From: a virus
Taxonomy: Duplodnaviria > Heunggongvirae > Uroviricota > Caudoviricetes
Length of the DNA: 64,000 bases
Strand: one strand, 5' to 3'
Virus record (IMG/VR): IMGVR_UViG_3300020429_000539
Coordinates: 108,263-172,262 of that record
Shown: one piece after another, positions 17,755 to 27,003 of the stretch
Layout: every line of letters begins with the position of its first letter
Position numbering within the stretch: the stretch's first letter is position 1
Made by a program: the position numbers and the translations under genes
The notes under the pieces: generated by a model
The model's input: the letters and a program-made list of their open reading frames with translations, nothing else
Database searches by the model: none
Told to the model about the DNA's origin: nothing

Positions 17755-18324
17755 ATGAATAGACTACGTGGAGCATATTGCTACCTGAGTGGAGCCATCG
17801 ATTATGCTCCTGACTTAGGCGTTGGTTGGCGAGAAGAGTTCATCGAAAAGGCAAAGGCGGCAAACCTTGGTCTTCGGGTTATGAATCCATGCGCCAAGCC
17901 TACTGGATGTACGCAGGAAATAGAAGATGGCGTTCGACTAGTGGACAAATATCGCAATGAAGAGCGGTGGGAAGACATGCGCAATTTTGTCAAGGGCTTC
18001 CGCCGAGAGGATTTGCGATTTACAGACATGGCAGATTTCATTGTTATCAAAGTAGACCGCGATACCCATATGTGCGGCTCATATGATGAACTCTTTGTTG
18101 CAGAGCGTCAGCGCAAGCCTTTGTTTTGCATTATAGAGGGTGGTATCAAGGAGCTTCCCACCTGGCTTTTCGGTGTGTTTCGTCTAGAGAACATCTTTTC
18201 AAATGTCGATGAATGTATTGATCGCCTTGTGCAACTTGATACTCAGCAAGAAGAACTTGACCGTTGCTGGGTACTTATTCGGCAGTATCTTGAGAGCGAC
18301 GGATGTAGGGATGCAATCGTATGA
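17755..18324 (+). CDS. nucleoside 2-deoxyribosyltransferase-like protein
   Basis: 'AYCYLSGAIDY' N-terminal Rossmann start and 'DTHMCGSYDELFVAERQRKPLF' resembling the NDT motif DxGTxxExGxAxAxGKPV. Confidence 0.45.
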   Translation: MNRLRGAYCYLSGAIDYAPDLGVGWREEFIEKAKAANLGLRVMNPCAKPTGCTQEIEDGVRLVDKYRNEERWEDMRNFVKGFRREDLRFTDMADFIVIKVDRDTHMCGSYDELFVAERQRKPLFCIIEGGIKELPTWLFGVFRLENIFSNVDECIDRLVQLDTQQEELDRCWVLIRQYLESDGCRDAIV

Positions 18325-18974
18325 CAAGTTTGAAGAAGGATTTGAGCCGTCAAAGTCTCGATGAACATAAGGAACTCATCACAGATGCATACGGCTTTGA
18401 GCCCACTGCAATTCGTGATATTTCAGATGCAAAGTATAGTTACGATTTAATCGTGCCTGATGAAGATGAAGTGCCTGTCGAATGCAAAACCTGTTACGCT
18501 AAGACAGGCAACATCGCCGTAGAGTATCTTGCCGCTGTAGGGTGGAAAGCTCTTGAGCCTCATTTTGGCGAGAGGTTCCGCAAGGATGGAAAGTTTGAGA
18601 GATTTGGTCCTGGCCGTAAAGAGCATGATATTCTCCGAAAGATTGTTATAGATGCCTATAAGGGTCGTATCAAAAATAGCAAAATGGGACTTGCTCTCAG
18701 TGCGCATCGTTCGGACTTTCCGGCTCGACATAAGTTTTCATACGCTAGAGTGAAGCTGGGGTACTGGCTTTATTGCGAAAGTCGCAATATTTCAAAGTTT
18801 ATAAGTAAGAGTAAAGCCTTTCACGAAGGTGAAATGTTCATTACTTATACTGAAGAGTTCGACTATAATACCATCGGAGCTTTGCTTCCGTTGAGCGAAA
18901 TTGAAGAGTACGACCGACAAGCTGCGGACTCTGATAAAGTCATCCTCATCAAAAAGGGGATAGACAAGAGATGA
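18321..18974 (+). CDS. hypothetical protein with possible PD-(D/E)xK nuclease motif
   Basis: 'LIVPDEDEVPVECKT' fits PD..(D/E)xK. It is coupled (ATGA) to the upstream gene and directly precedes two Dam-like methyltransferases. Confidence 0.4.
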   Translation: MTSLKKDLSRQSLDEHKELITDAYGFEPTAIRDISDAKYSYDLIVPDEDEVPVECKTCYAKTGNIAVEYLAAVGWKALEPHFGERFRKDGKFERFGPGRKEHDILRKIVIDAYKGRIKNSKMGLALSAHRSDFPARHKFSYARVKLGYWLYCESRNISKFISKSKAFHEGEMFITYTEEFDYNTIGALLPLSEIEEYDRQAADSDKVILIKKGIDKR

Positions 18975-18978
18975 CATC

Positions 18979-19869
18979 ATGTATCTAAAGTGGGTTGGCG
19001 GCAAAACTAAACTGGCAGACCAGTTACTCTCAAAGTTCCCGAAAGAGGGACAGATTAGCGGTCGGTACCTAGAGCCATTCTTCGGTTCTGGCGCTATGTA
19101 TTTTGCCTATCGCCAACTGCTCGACTCCCCAGAGAACGACCTCTTTGGAGACAATATATTCCGTGCTGCATCGTATATCTTTGGCGACACAAATAGCCAT
19201 CTTATCAACTGTCATCGTGTTGTTCAGAGATTTCCTGCTGACTTCAAGGAATGGCTGCAACATTTTGAACTCTGCCACGAAGAAGATCCTGATCGTTTTT
19301 ACAAAGATGAACGCAAGCTAGTTACCAAAGCTATTGAACTCGACTTTGATTCTCAAGCTGCTGCTCGGTTTATCTATATCAACAAGTCTTGTTTCAATGG
19401 TATATGGCGGGTCAACAAGAACGGCGATTTCAACGTTCCCTGGAATCAGGTCACGACTGTTAATCTATCCGAAAACAAGAAACTAAAACAAGCCCATTCT
19501 CTCTTGCAGGGTTGCGAAATCAATCTATGTAGCTACGAGGACATCGTTTCTCGTGCGGAAAAGGGAGACTTTGTTTATCTTGCCCCTCCCTACGAGCCAT
19601 TATCAAACTCATCAAGTTTTACCGCATACACAGAAGATGATTGGGACACCGAAGACCTGATTCATTTGCGCTCGCTCTGCGATGAAATGAATAGCAAGGG
19701 CGTTCTTTGGATGATGTCGAATAGTACCGCTCAAGGCGTATACGACATCTTTGATGGCTATGCGATTGAAACAGTGCAAGCCCATCGCTTTGTAAAGGCT
19801 CTGAAAGACAACGAAAAACGCGAGAAAATAGCCGAAACTGTTGTCACTAACTACCGAGGCACAGAATGA
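18979..19869 (+). CDS. dam: Dam-family (D12 class) N6-adenine DNA methyltransferase
   Basis: 'YLKWVGGKTKLADQLL' (Dam N-terminal motif), 'EPFFGSGAMYF' (motif I) and 'VYLAPPYEP' (DPPY motif IV). Confidence 0.8.
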   Translation: MYLKWVGGKTKLADQLLSKFPKEGQISGRYLEPFFGSGAMYFAYRQLLDSPENDLFGDNIFRAASYIFGDTNSHLINCHRVVQRFPADFKEWLQHFELCHEEDPDRFYKDERKLVTKAIELDFDSQAAARFIYINKSCFNGIWRVNKNGDFNVPWNQVTTVNLSENKKLKQAHSLLQGCEINLCSYEDIVSRAEKGDFVYLAPPYEPLSNSSSFTAYTEDDWDTEDLIHLRSLCDEMNSKGVLWMMSNSTAQGVYDIFDGYAIETVQAHRFVKALKDNEKREKIAETVVTNYRGTE

Positions 19870-20621
19870 AGCAGTTTCCTACGTTATTTCGCTATTCTGG
19901 CAACAAAAGGAAGATAGTTCCTCTTCTTCGACGCCCACCCAAGCACAAAAGGCTTGTCGAAGCTTATTTGGGTTCTGGCTCGTTCATACTGAGACACGGT
20001 GGCTCTGCGCTGGGCATGGATATCAATGAGGACATTATTGAGCTATGGCGATGGCTTAAAGAAGAAGCTACTGCGAAGTCTCTACGTGAATTAAGAACTC
20101 AGGTTGATAAGCTAGTCGAAGATACAGAAGACCATAAGCCTGATGTTCGAGAGCTAAATCTCCCTCGTGGTCCTGAGACATATGTTCGAGTTAACTGTAG
20201 CGGCGTGTACGCGGGGCAGCTTAGTTCTTGGATATTGTACCCACAACACAAACTGCCTGTTGATCAGACTGTCAAGCTTCTGTCGATGCTAGAGGATATA
20301 GAGGTTATACATGGAAGCGCTGAAAGTTATCAAGAAGAAGATGGCGATGTGCTTTTCTTGGACCCGCCCTATATCGGAACATCGGGTAACTACAAAGAAC
20401 AAGCCAAATCGGGTATCGAAGAAGGATACTCGCCGCAACAGACCATTGACCTCATATCAAAGGTTGAATGCCCCGTCATCCTCACCTATGGAGATGGGGC
20501 TCCAGACATCTTTCCCGACTATGACTGGGAAGTGGTATTGACACGAAAAGTTCCTCGCATACGAACAGGTGGGACTTTAGAAAGAACCGAATATGTTAGC
20601 TACCTTAACTGGACTAACTGA
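19866..20621 (+). CDS. second Dam-like N6-adenine DNA methyltransferase
   Basis: 'FRYSGNKRKIVPLL', 'EAYLGSGSF' and 'LFLDPPYIG'. It is coupled (ATGA) to the first Dam gene. Confidence 0.7.
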   Translation: MKQFPTLFRYSGNKRKIVPLLRRPPKHKRLVEAYLGSGSFILRHGGSALGMDINEDIIELWRWLKEEATAKSLRELRTQVDKLVEDTEDHKPDVRELNLPRGPETYVRVNCSGVYAGQLSSWILYPQHKLPVDQTVKLLSMLEDIEVIHGSAESYQEEDGDVLFLDPPYIGTSGNYKEQAKSGIEEGYSPQQTIDLISKVECPVILTYGDGAPDIFPDYDWEVVLTRKVPRIRTGGTLERTEYVSYLNWTN

Positions 20622-20636
20622 GAAAAGGAAAATAGC

Positions 20637-21041
20637 ATGCCTTGGTATATCGACATGGCGACTCAGACCGTGACAGATACGGAACCTGACCTTACAGGAC
20701 GAACAAAGGTTAGTATTGCTGTTCCTGAAGATACAAACCTTGACAAGATAAACCTGCATCTTGATGCCGTCCGACGCATACTGACCAATCCATTTACCTC
20801 TATCGGTCTGGTGGTTATCGAGATTGACCTTGATGCTACTTGGTATATAGACCTTGCTAGTAAAACCGTAAGTTCGGCTCAACCTGATATCACCGGCAGA
20901 ACAGAAGTACCTTTTCCTGTTCAGAACGGGACGCTCTTGTCTTCAGCTATTACACAGTTGGAAGCTCTAACTCAGGTTGTCAATAGTCCAATGCCGACAG
21001 CGGCGAATCTCGTTATCAAAGTTATCGTAGGGAGCGGATAA
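20637..21041 (+). CDS. hypothetical protein with internal ~60-aa tandem duplication
   Basis: 'WYIDMATQTVTDTEPDLTGRTKVSIAVP' and 'WYIDLASKTVSSAQPDITGRTEVPFPV' repeat inside one 134-aa ORF. Confidence 0.5.
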   Translation: MPWYIDMATQTVTDTEPDLTGRTKVSIAVPEDTNLDKINLHLDAVRRILTNPFTSIGLVVIEIDLDATWYIDLASKTVSSAQPDITGRTEVPFPVQNGTLLSSAITQLEALTQVVNSPMPTAANLVIKVIVGSG

Positions 21042-21646
21042 TGATTAGACGAGTATGTCTTTATGGCGGACCTGGAACAGGTAAAAGCACGACAGCTTCA
21101 AGTCTTTTCGCGGAGTTCAAACGAATTTGTGTTGATGGTGTAGTAGATAGGCAGCTTGAACTTGTTCAAGAGTTTGTCAAAAGCTGGGCTTGGGAAGGCA
21201 AGAGTCCTAAAGGTTTCGACCAGGTATTTATTTTCGCGAATCAGCAACAACGAGAAGAGATACCTTTGCGTAATGGCGTACATCATCTGTTCACAGACTC
21301 GCCTCTATTTCTTGGCGCAGCCTACGCCCGCAAGTACCATAGTAAAACCTTTGGTCCTCTTATCTCGCTTGCCGAACTGCATGAACAAGAGTATCCAGGT
21401 TTACATATCTTCCTTGAACGTGGGGATAGACCCTATGTAGGTAAAGGTCGCTATGAAGATGCAGAAAAGGCAAAAAGAATGGACGACTACATCCGCAGCC
21501 TACTAGACCTGTATGTTGGCAGCGACAACTATCTATCTATTCCCTACAACGATTTTGATGGTCTTACTCAGACGATTGCAGAGCGACTTGACCTAACCGA
21601 AGCCCTTGTTAGCTACAAAACAAATATGACGGAGAAGATAGCATGA
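21041..21646 (+). CDS. P-loop NTPase, putative (deoxy)nucleotide kinase
   Basis: N-terminal Walker A 'VCLYGGPGTGKST', small size (201 aa), and it sits next to the dCMP deaminase. Confidence 0.5.
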   Translation: MIRRVCLYGGPGTGKSTTASSLFAEFKRICVDGVVDRQLELVQEFVKSWAWEGKSPKGFDQVFIFANQQQREEIPLRNGVHHLFTDSPLFLGAAYARKYHSKTFGPLISLAELHEQEYPGLHIFLERGDRPYVGKGRYEDAEKAKRMDDYIRSLLDLYVGSDNYLSIPYNDFDGLTQTIAERLDLTEALVSYKTNMTEKIA

Positions 21647-22257
21647 ACCACTCCTTTGAAGATACATGCAAAAAAGCCGCAGAAGAATGCAACTGTGGTG
21701 TTGATGAACTCAAAGACCGTCTCGGAATCAATGGTAAATATCGTGATAACGATTATGAGCGATGGTCATGGGACCAGGTTTTTATGTCTATTGCCTACAC
21801 GATCGCTCGTCGCTCATCTGATGCCAATACTCAGCATGGTTGTGTGATTGTTGATGACAAGAACCATATAGTTGCCACTGGTTTTAATGGTTTTCCACCA
21901 GGCGCATTCGATGAAAAACTGCCAAACATCAGGGATGGAGGTCACAAGTATCGCTTCATTGTTCATGCAGAGTTGAATGCTGTATTACAGTCAACACAAA
22001 GCGACCTCTCGACCTGTCGAGCCTACGTGACAGGCCCATCCTGTAATGAATGTCTCAAAGTTTTGATATCAAAGGGCATCAAAGAGGTTATTGTAGGCGA
22101 TATAGGTCATGTTACTGATGAAACGTATGACAACCTGCATTCGTTTTTAACCAAGATGCATGGAGTGCAGGTGAAGCATTTCCAAGGTATGATAGCGGAT
22201 ACCGAAAGCCTTCGGCGTATAGGTCAAGTTGATGGCAAATCCGACACAACCGATTAA
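21643..22257 (+). CDS. dCMP (deoxycytidylate) deaminase
   Basis: Zinc-binding 'HAELNAV' (H/CxE) and 'PCNECLKVL' (PCxxC), the cytidine/deoxycytidylate deaminase fold. Confidence 0.8.
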   Translation: MNHSFEDTCKKAAEECNCGVDELKDRLGINGKYRDNDYERWSWDQVFMSIAYTIARRSSDANTQHGCVIVDDKNHIVATGFNGFPPGAFDEKLPNIRDGGHKYRFIVHAELNAVLQSTQSDLSTCRAYVTGPSCNECLKVLISKGIKEVIVGDIGHVTDETYDNLHSFLTKMHGVQVKHFQGMIADTESLRRIGQVDGKSDTTD

Positions 22258-23224
22258 CGATGTTATTTCACGGTTCAGGCGTCTCAATCCAGGCAATGAG
22301 CCTACGGTTGTTGCTGTTTCAGGTGGAGCAGATTCGGTTGCTCTGGCTTTCTGCCTGAAGCTTGCATCCAAGAACATCAAGCTTACCAATATTTCGCATG
22401 AAGGTTTTCGAAGCGAAGAAGAGCTAGATGCAGACAAATGCCTTGTTGAAAGGCTTGCTGCAAAACTGGATGTTCCTTTTACCTGGCGTCGTGCCTCGAT
22501 TGCTAAGAAGGGCAATAACGAAGCGGAAGCCCGGCGCTCTCGATACGAAGAACTCATCGTTTCTTGTTATCATGAAGATGCTCCTGGTATCAAGTATACC
22601 AAGATTGCCACAGCCCATCATGCTGATGATCAGCTTGAAACCCTTCTCATGCGGATTGTTCGGGGAACAGGCACCGCTGGGCTGCGAGGCGTTGTTGAAT
22701 CGCGCCCGCTAGACAATGCAGATATTGAAGTTATCAGGCCGATGCTCGGTATCTCAAAAGAACATTGCTACGAAATCTGTAAAGAGAATAATCTTGAGTG
22801 GCGAGAAGATGAAACAAACGAAGACAAGGATTATACCCGCAATCTTGTACGAGCAGATGTAGTTCCTGTTCTCAAGCAAATCAATGCCCGTGCCGCTGAG
22901 CATGCTTCAGACCTTGCTTGCATCATGCATAGCACTCATCAGTTGGTTGAGCAAGCTGTTTGCATGATCGACTGTTATGGTTATACAAGCTCAAGTTCAA
23001 AGACGACATCAGCAGATGCCTTGCGGTTATATCCTGATGTTGTCGTGTTTGAATGGCTACGGTCAGCCGCTCGTGTAACAGGTAATAGTGGCCTTGATAA
23101 GATCAACAAGAGAATGCTTGATGATGTCGTTAGAGCAATCAGGGGAAGAAGCAGCAAGACATTCGAGTGGCCGTCTCGTGTTGTCTCTGTCACCCCTCAG
23201 TCAGTCACAGTAGGTAAGTCATGA
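22229..23224 (+). CDS. tilS: PP-loop ATPase, tRNA(Ile)-lysidine synthetase (TilS)-like
   Basis: PP-loop 'VAVSGGADSVALAF' near residue 30. The 331-aa length and the lack of a QueC-type Cys cluster favour TilS over QueC. Confidence 0.6.
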   Translation: MMANPTQPINDVISRFRRLNPGNEPTVVAVSGGADSVALAFCLKLASKNIKLTNISHEGFRSEEELDADKCLVERLAAKLDVPFTWRRASIAKKGNNEAEARRSRYEELIVSCYHEDAPGIKYTKIATAHHADDQLETLLMRIVRGTGTAGLRGVVESRPLDNADIEVIRPMLGISKEHCYEICKENNLEWREDETNEDKDYTRNLVRADVVPVLKQINARAAEHASDLACIMHSTHQLVEQAVCMIDCYGYTSSSSKTTSADALRLYPDVVVFEWLRSAARVTGNSGLDKINKRMLDDVVRAIRGRSSKTFEWPSRVVSVTPQSVTVGKS

Positions 23225-24075
23225 GCGAATCAAAATGCCCTTTCCATAATGTAGAGAAACCTGATAATGTTCAGGTACAGACTTTCGAAAGCGAAAAAGA
23301 TTGTCAACTCAAAGTCTTTAGGTTACATCCTGGTGGCGTTCGACTCAAGAAGGCAGACCACAAGCTAAACGGCGATATGTTCAAAACTCAGCAAACGTCT
23401 GATGCCGTCAAGTGGTGTGGTCCGATGCTGCATGCGAATAAACTCGGGTATTGGATGACCGCTCCTTTAGACATAGATATTCTTTACAAAGGTAATGGAG
23501 AATGGGAACAGCGCATACACCGCAACTATAACCCGACAGAGAAACTTATTATTCGCCACAACCTTCGTCCTGAAGATAAATACCGTGATGATACTCGTAC
23601 CCGTATTGCTTTTGGAGATGCCGAGCCTTGTACGGTTCAAATGTGGACCGGCTGTATTTTCCGCACGCCTCCGGGTTGGTGCATGCATATCCGTAATCCA
23701 ATCAACTTTCCTGAGGCTTATCAACGACCGTATCACATCCAAGAGGGTATTATTGAAACCGATTGGATGAACTATGATATTTGGGTCAATGTCAAGTTTC
23801 ATCGTCCTGGCGAATGGGTTAGTTTCCGCAGGAATATGTGGCCTCCTCTTGCTCAGTTTGTGCCAGTACGTCGCTCTTCCTATGACGGAGAATGGGACAG
23901 GCCATCGGACAAAATACTGACGCCAGAAGATCCCGAGTGCGTTGAGGTTTGGGACGGTTGGCAAGACTACAATTTCCGCAAGTGGAGAGAAAAGGGCGAG
24001 AAAGAGCCCTTGACCTACCACAAGACCCGTAAGCCCTCAGTGACCAAGATGAGGGATGAAGGATTGATACCGTAG
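23221..24075 (+). CDS. hypothetical protein, paralog of 9349-10146
   Basis: See 9349-10146: shared 'IFRTPPG' core and N-terminal 'KCPF'. Confidence 0.55.
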   Translation: MSESKCPFHNVEKPDNVQVQTFESEKDCQLKVFRLHPGGVRLKKADHKLNGDMFKTQQTSDAVKWCGPMLHANKLGYWMTAPLDIDILYKGNGEWEQRIHRNYNPTEKLIIRHNLRPEDKYRDDTRTRIAFGDAEPCTVQMWTGCIFRTPPGWCMHIRNPINFPEAYQRPYHIQEGIIETDWMNYDIWVNVKFHRPGEWVSFRRNMWPPLAQFVPVRRSSYDGEWDRPSDKILTPEDPECVEVWDGWQDYNFRKWREKGEKEPLTYHKTRKPSVTKMRDEGLIP

Positions 24076-24088
24076 TAGGAGTCATCGC

Positions 24089-24406
24089 ATGAGTCATGCA
24101 TCATCGTCTTCGATTGATGTCTATTTTTCCGAAACAGATACTTGTAAAGTGTATCATTTGGTTTTTCATATTTCGTTTGATGGTAAAACTTGGCGAGAAT
24201 GTCAGTTTTCCGTTGTTGCAAAAACCGCAGAGCGCGCTATCGAAGTAGCCAAAAAGAAGCTATCAGAATTTCACTTTTATGGGGCATATCAGAGCGATGA
24301 AAATACAGAACGTGAAGAAGGTAGATTTAGAATCGTAAAATCTAGACTTCAAGGTTTGTCGATTCTGAATGACGGATTGCTTCTCGCCGAAAATAATGGA
24401 GATTGA
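24089..24406 (+). CDS. hypothetical protein (105 aa)
   Basis: ORF with an upstream SD-like 'AGGAG'. Confidence 0.45.
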   Translation: MSHASSSSIDVYFSETDTCKVYHLVFHISFDGKTWRECQFSVVAKTAERAIEVAKKKLSEFHFYGAYQSDENTEREEGRFRIVKSRLQGLSILNDGLLLAENNGD

Positions 24407-24410
24407 TACC

Positions 24411-24698
24411 ATGAGCGATGTCATCAGAGCCCCGTGGACAGAAGAGCAGGTCAAAGAGCTTAAGAGGTATCAGGCAGCCGGTGTTGTCCATCCGTATACC
24501 TGCGGTGGCGATAGCTGCCGAGATATCCTCGTTCCCACCACAGATGGTTGGACCTGCCCTAGCTGCGACTATACTCAGGATTGGGCGCACGCCATGTCTG
24601 CTGATAGTCAGTTCAACGACAATACGGAAAAAATCGAAGAGCTTATGAGTGAAGCCTTGAAGCAGTCTACAATGGACGACAATGACAGCAAAGACTGA
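24411..24698 (+). CDS. small zinc-ribbon-like protein
   Basis: 'PYTCGGDSC' ... 'WTCPSCDY' give two Cys pairs. The start was moved to 'MSDVIRAP'. Confidence 0.45.
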   Translation: MSDVIRAPWTEEQVKELKRYQAAGVVHPYTCGGDSCRDILVPTTDGWTCPSCDYTQDWAHAMSADSQFNDNTEKIEELMSEALKQSTMDDNDSKD

Positions 24699-25953
24699 AA
24701 TAACACGAATGGCGGTTATTCCGCCTGACCAGACGGGCGGAGTTCCCATCAAGGTGTGGGCTACCGAAGTAGACGAGGCTACAGGTAAGAGCTATCCGTC
24801 TGTCGATATCACGACCATCAATCAGGCAGCTATGGCTGCACGCTTGCCGTTCGCGTTTCGTCATGTAGCGCTGATGCCTGATGCGCATGCAGGCTATGGA
24901 CTACCCGTGGGTGGTGTATTTGCTGCGGTCAACACGATTCTCCCTTACTTCGTCGGTAACGATATCGGTTGCGGTATGTGCGTTCTCAACACGGGAGTGC
25001 CTGTCGAAGAAATCGATGTTGAAACCTTGATGAGGGACTGGAAAACCGCAATCCCTGTTGGCAATGCATCACGTAGTCGCAATGATATTTGGCTCAACAA
25101 TGAGTCATTTCAGTTTGACCTGAAGCAATTCGAAGAAGACCACGCAGCATTTGAATCGAAGCACGGCATCAAGCTTCCTGACAAGAGTCGTGCCCGTACT
25201 CAGGTGGGTACGCTTGGTGGAGGCAATCATTTTGTTGAGTTGCAGCGAGATGCTGAGGGTATCGCTCATATCATGATCCATAGCGGTTCTCGTGGCTTTG
25301 GTGCGGGTGTGTGCGACATCTTCCATAGCCTCGCTCAGAAACTCTGCGACCAGTGGCATGTCAAGCTTGAGAGCAAGGCTTGTGCGTTTTTGCCAACCGA
25401 CACGAATGAGGGTCGCGCATACATCGACGCGATGAGGATTGCGCTTGACTACGCATATAAGAACCGTTCAGCAATGATGCGATGCGCTCGTGACTCTCTT
25501 GAGCGCCAGGTCGGCCATGTTGCGCCGATGAAGCGAATCGTCAACATCCACCACAACTACGCCGACATCGAGAATCACTTCGGTAAGAACGTTTGGGTTC
25601 ACCGCAAAGGCTCAACTCTCGCACGCAAGGGTGTGACTGGTATCATCCCGGGTTCGATGTGCGCAAAAAGCTACATTGTTGGCGGCAAGGGCTCGAAAGA
25701 AGCTTTCATGTCATGCAGCCACGGCGCAGGTCGAAACTTCAGCCGTTCAGAAGCGAAGCGCATGATTGCTGAAGGCGAAGCTCCGCCTCAAAAGGATCAG
25801 TTGAAGAATGCGGGTGTTTCTGTTCACGGAGCAGAGACCGTTCACGACGAACTTGGGCATGCCTACAAAGATATCAGCACGGTTATGCGAAACCAGGCTG
25901 ACCTTGTAGACATTGAAACAGAACTGAGCCCTATTGCAGTTTTGAAAGGTTAG
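24682..25953 (+). CDS. rtcB: RtcB-family RNA ligase
   Basis: 'MPDAHAGYG', 'GTLGGGNHF', 'IHSGSRGFG', 'NIHHNYA' and 'CSHGAGR' are the metal and GMP-His motifs of RtcB. 423 aa. Confidence 0.85.
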   Translation: MTAKTEITRMAVIPPDQTGGVPIKVWATEVDEATGKSYPSVDITTINQAAMAARLPFAFRHVALMPDAHAGYGLPVGGVFAAVNTILPYFVGNDIGCGMCVLNTGVPVEEIDVETLMRDWKTAIPVGNASRSRNDIWLNNESFQFDLKQFEEDHAAFESKHGIKLPDKSRARTQVGTLGGGNHFVELQRDAEGIAHIMIHSGSRGFGAGVCDIFHSLAQKLCDQWHVKLESKACAFLPTDTNEGRAYIDAMRIALDYAYKNRSAMMRCARDSLERQVGHVAPMKRIVNIHHNYADIENHFGKNVWVHRKGSTLARKGVTGIIPGSMCAKSYIVGGKGSKEAFMSCSHGAGRNFSRSEAKRMIAEGEAPPQKDQLKNAGVSVHGAETVHDELGHAYKDISTVMRNQADLVDIETELSPIAVLKG

Positions 25954-25957
25954 TGCC

Positions 25958-26362
25958 TTGCGTCGTCATCGCACTCTTTCCTACTACCGTCGCCCTAGAA
26001 TTCGCGGACGAGCTAAGCTAGAGGTTCGCATCAGCAGAGAAGGCAGGCACTATACTGCTGTAGGCTATGTTCGATATAGAAACAGAAGAGAAAGAATCGG
26101 CTTTATTATTGCTAGCAAAGAATCAGGTTGCAAATATTTGACCGTCGATGAAGCCCGACTCTATTTCAAATGGGTAGGCAGAGGGTATGGTCATATACTT
26201 TACTGGGCTCTTGCAAAGCAAGCGATTCGCATGGGGCTGAAAGGGCTTCGTTCAGACTCTTATGGCCGTAATGAGTGTTCAGATGGAGCATGGAGCAAAA
26301 TCCAGACTCACACGAGAGGTCAATATTCGTACCTGAAACTAGAATCACAGAGAGCAGCATAG
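25958..26362 (+). CDS. basic protein, possible GNAT-like fold (uncertain; start uncertain)
   Basis: Arg-rich N-terminus from a TTG start. 'WVGRGYGHILYWALAKQA' resembles the GNAT motif A (R/QxxGxG). Confidence 0.3.
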   Translation: MRRHRTLSYYRRPRIRGRAKLEVRISREGRHYTAVGYVRYRNRRERIGFIIASKESGCKYLTVDEARLYFKWVGRGYGHILYWALAKQAIRMGLKGLRSDSYGRNECSDGAWSKIQTHTRGQYSYLKLESQRAA

Positions 26363-27003
26363 TGGTCCCAATATTCAAGCTCGATACTGAAGAACTTTGG
26401 AAAGAGTTTCTTATCACGCGCAGCGATCGCTTGCGTGATGAGCTTGTCAAAAGGCAAATGCCTTTTGCATCTGGTATCGCTTTTCGAGTTGCTTCTACTG
26501 TTGATACTTCTATTTGCCCGCCTGAAGATATACAAGCGGCTGCGCTCGCTGCGATGATTACATGCATAGATAAGTTTGATGAGAAGGTTGGATATTCAGA
26601 AGAAATCGACCGTCGCTTTACAGGGTATGCTCGTCAGCGAATTCATTGCGCTTGTATCGATGAGTTTCGAATGCATTGTTGGATTAACCCAAGATCCAAT
26701 ATGGCAAAGAAGCATGGTATACAGCCTGTGGAGCTAAAAGAAAGGCGATGCGATACCCGACCGCTTGAAGATGCCATTGATTGTGCGGACATTTCGTGCA
26801 TTATCAGCAGCAATCAATGTCAGTTGTCTGAAGACGAACGCTTTGTTCTCAAATCGATCTATTTCCATGACATGACTCAAAATGAGATTGCTGAGATTCT
26901 TGGCCTCAATAGTACTGCTATCGGTAAACGAAAGCACGATGGCTTGAACAAAATCAGGCATTATATCGCAAAGCAAAAGCAAGATAGGTTGGTTGCCACA
27001 TGA
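26362..27003 (+). CDS. sigma-70 family RNA polymerase sigma factor (phage-encoded)
   Basis: C-terminal region 4 HTH 'MTQNEIAEILGLNSTAIGKRKHDGLNKIRHY' and region-2-like 'YARQRIHCACIDEF'. The start is set at the GTG overlapping the upstream stop (TAGTG). The ORF table extends it to 26275. Confidence 0.55.
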   Translation: MVPIFKLDTEELWKEFLITRSDRLRDELVKRQMPFASGIAFRVASTVDTSICPPEDIQAAALAAMITCIDKFDEKVGYSEEIDRRFTGYARQRIHCACIDEFRMHCWINPRSNMAKKHGIQPVELKERRCDTRPLEDAIDCADISCIISSNQCQLSEDERFVLKSIYFHDMTQNEIAEILGLNSTAIGKRKHDGLNKIRHYIAKQKQDRLVAT

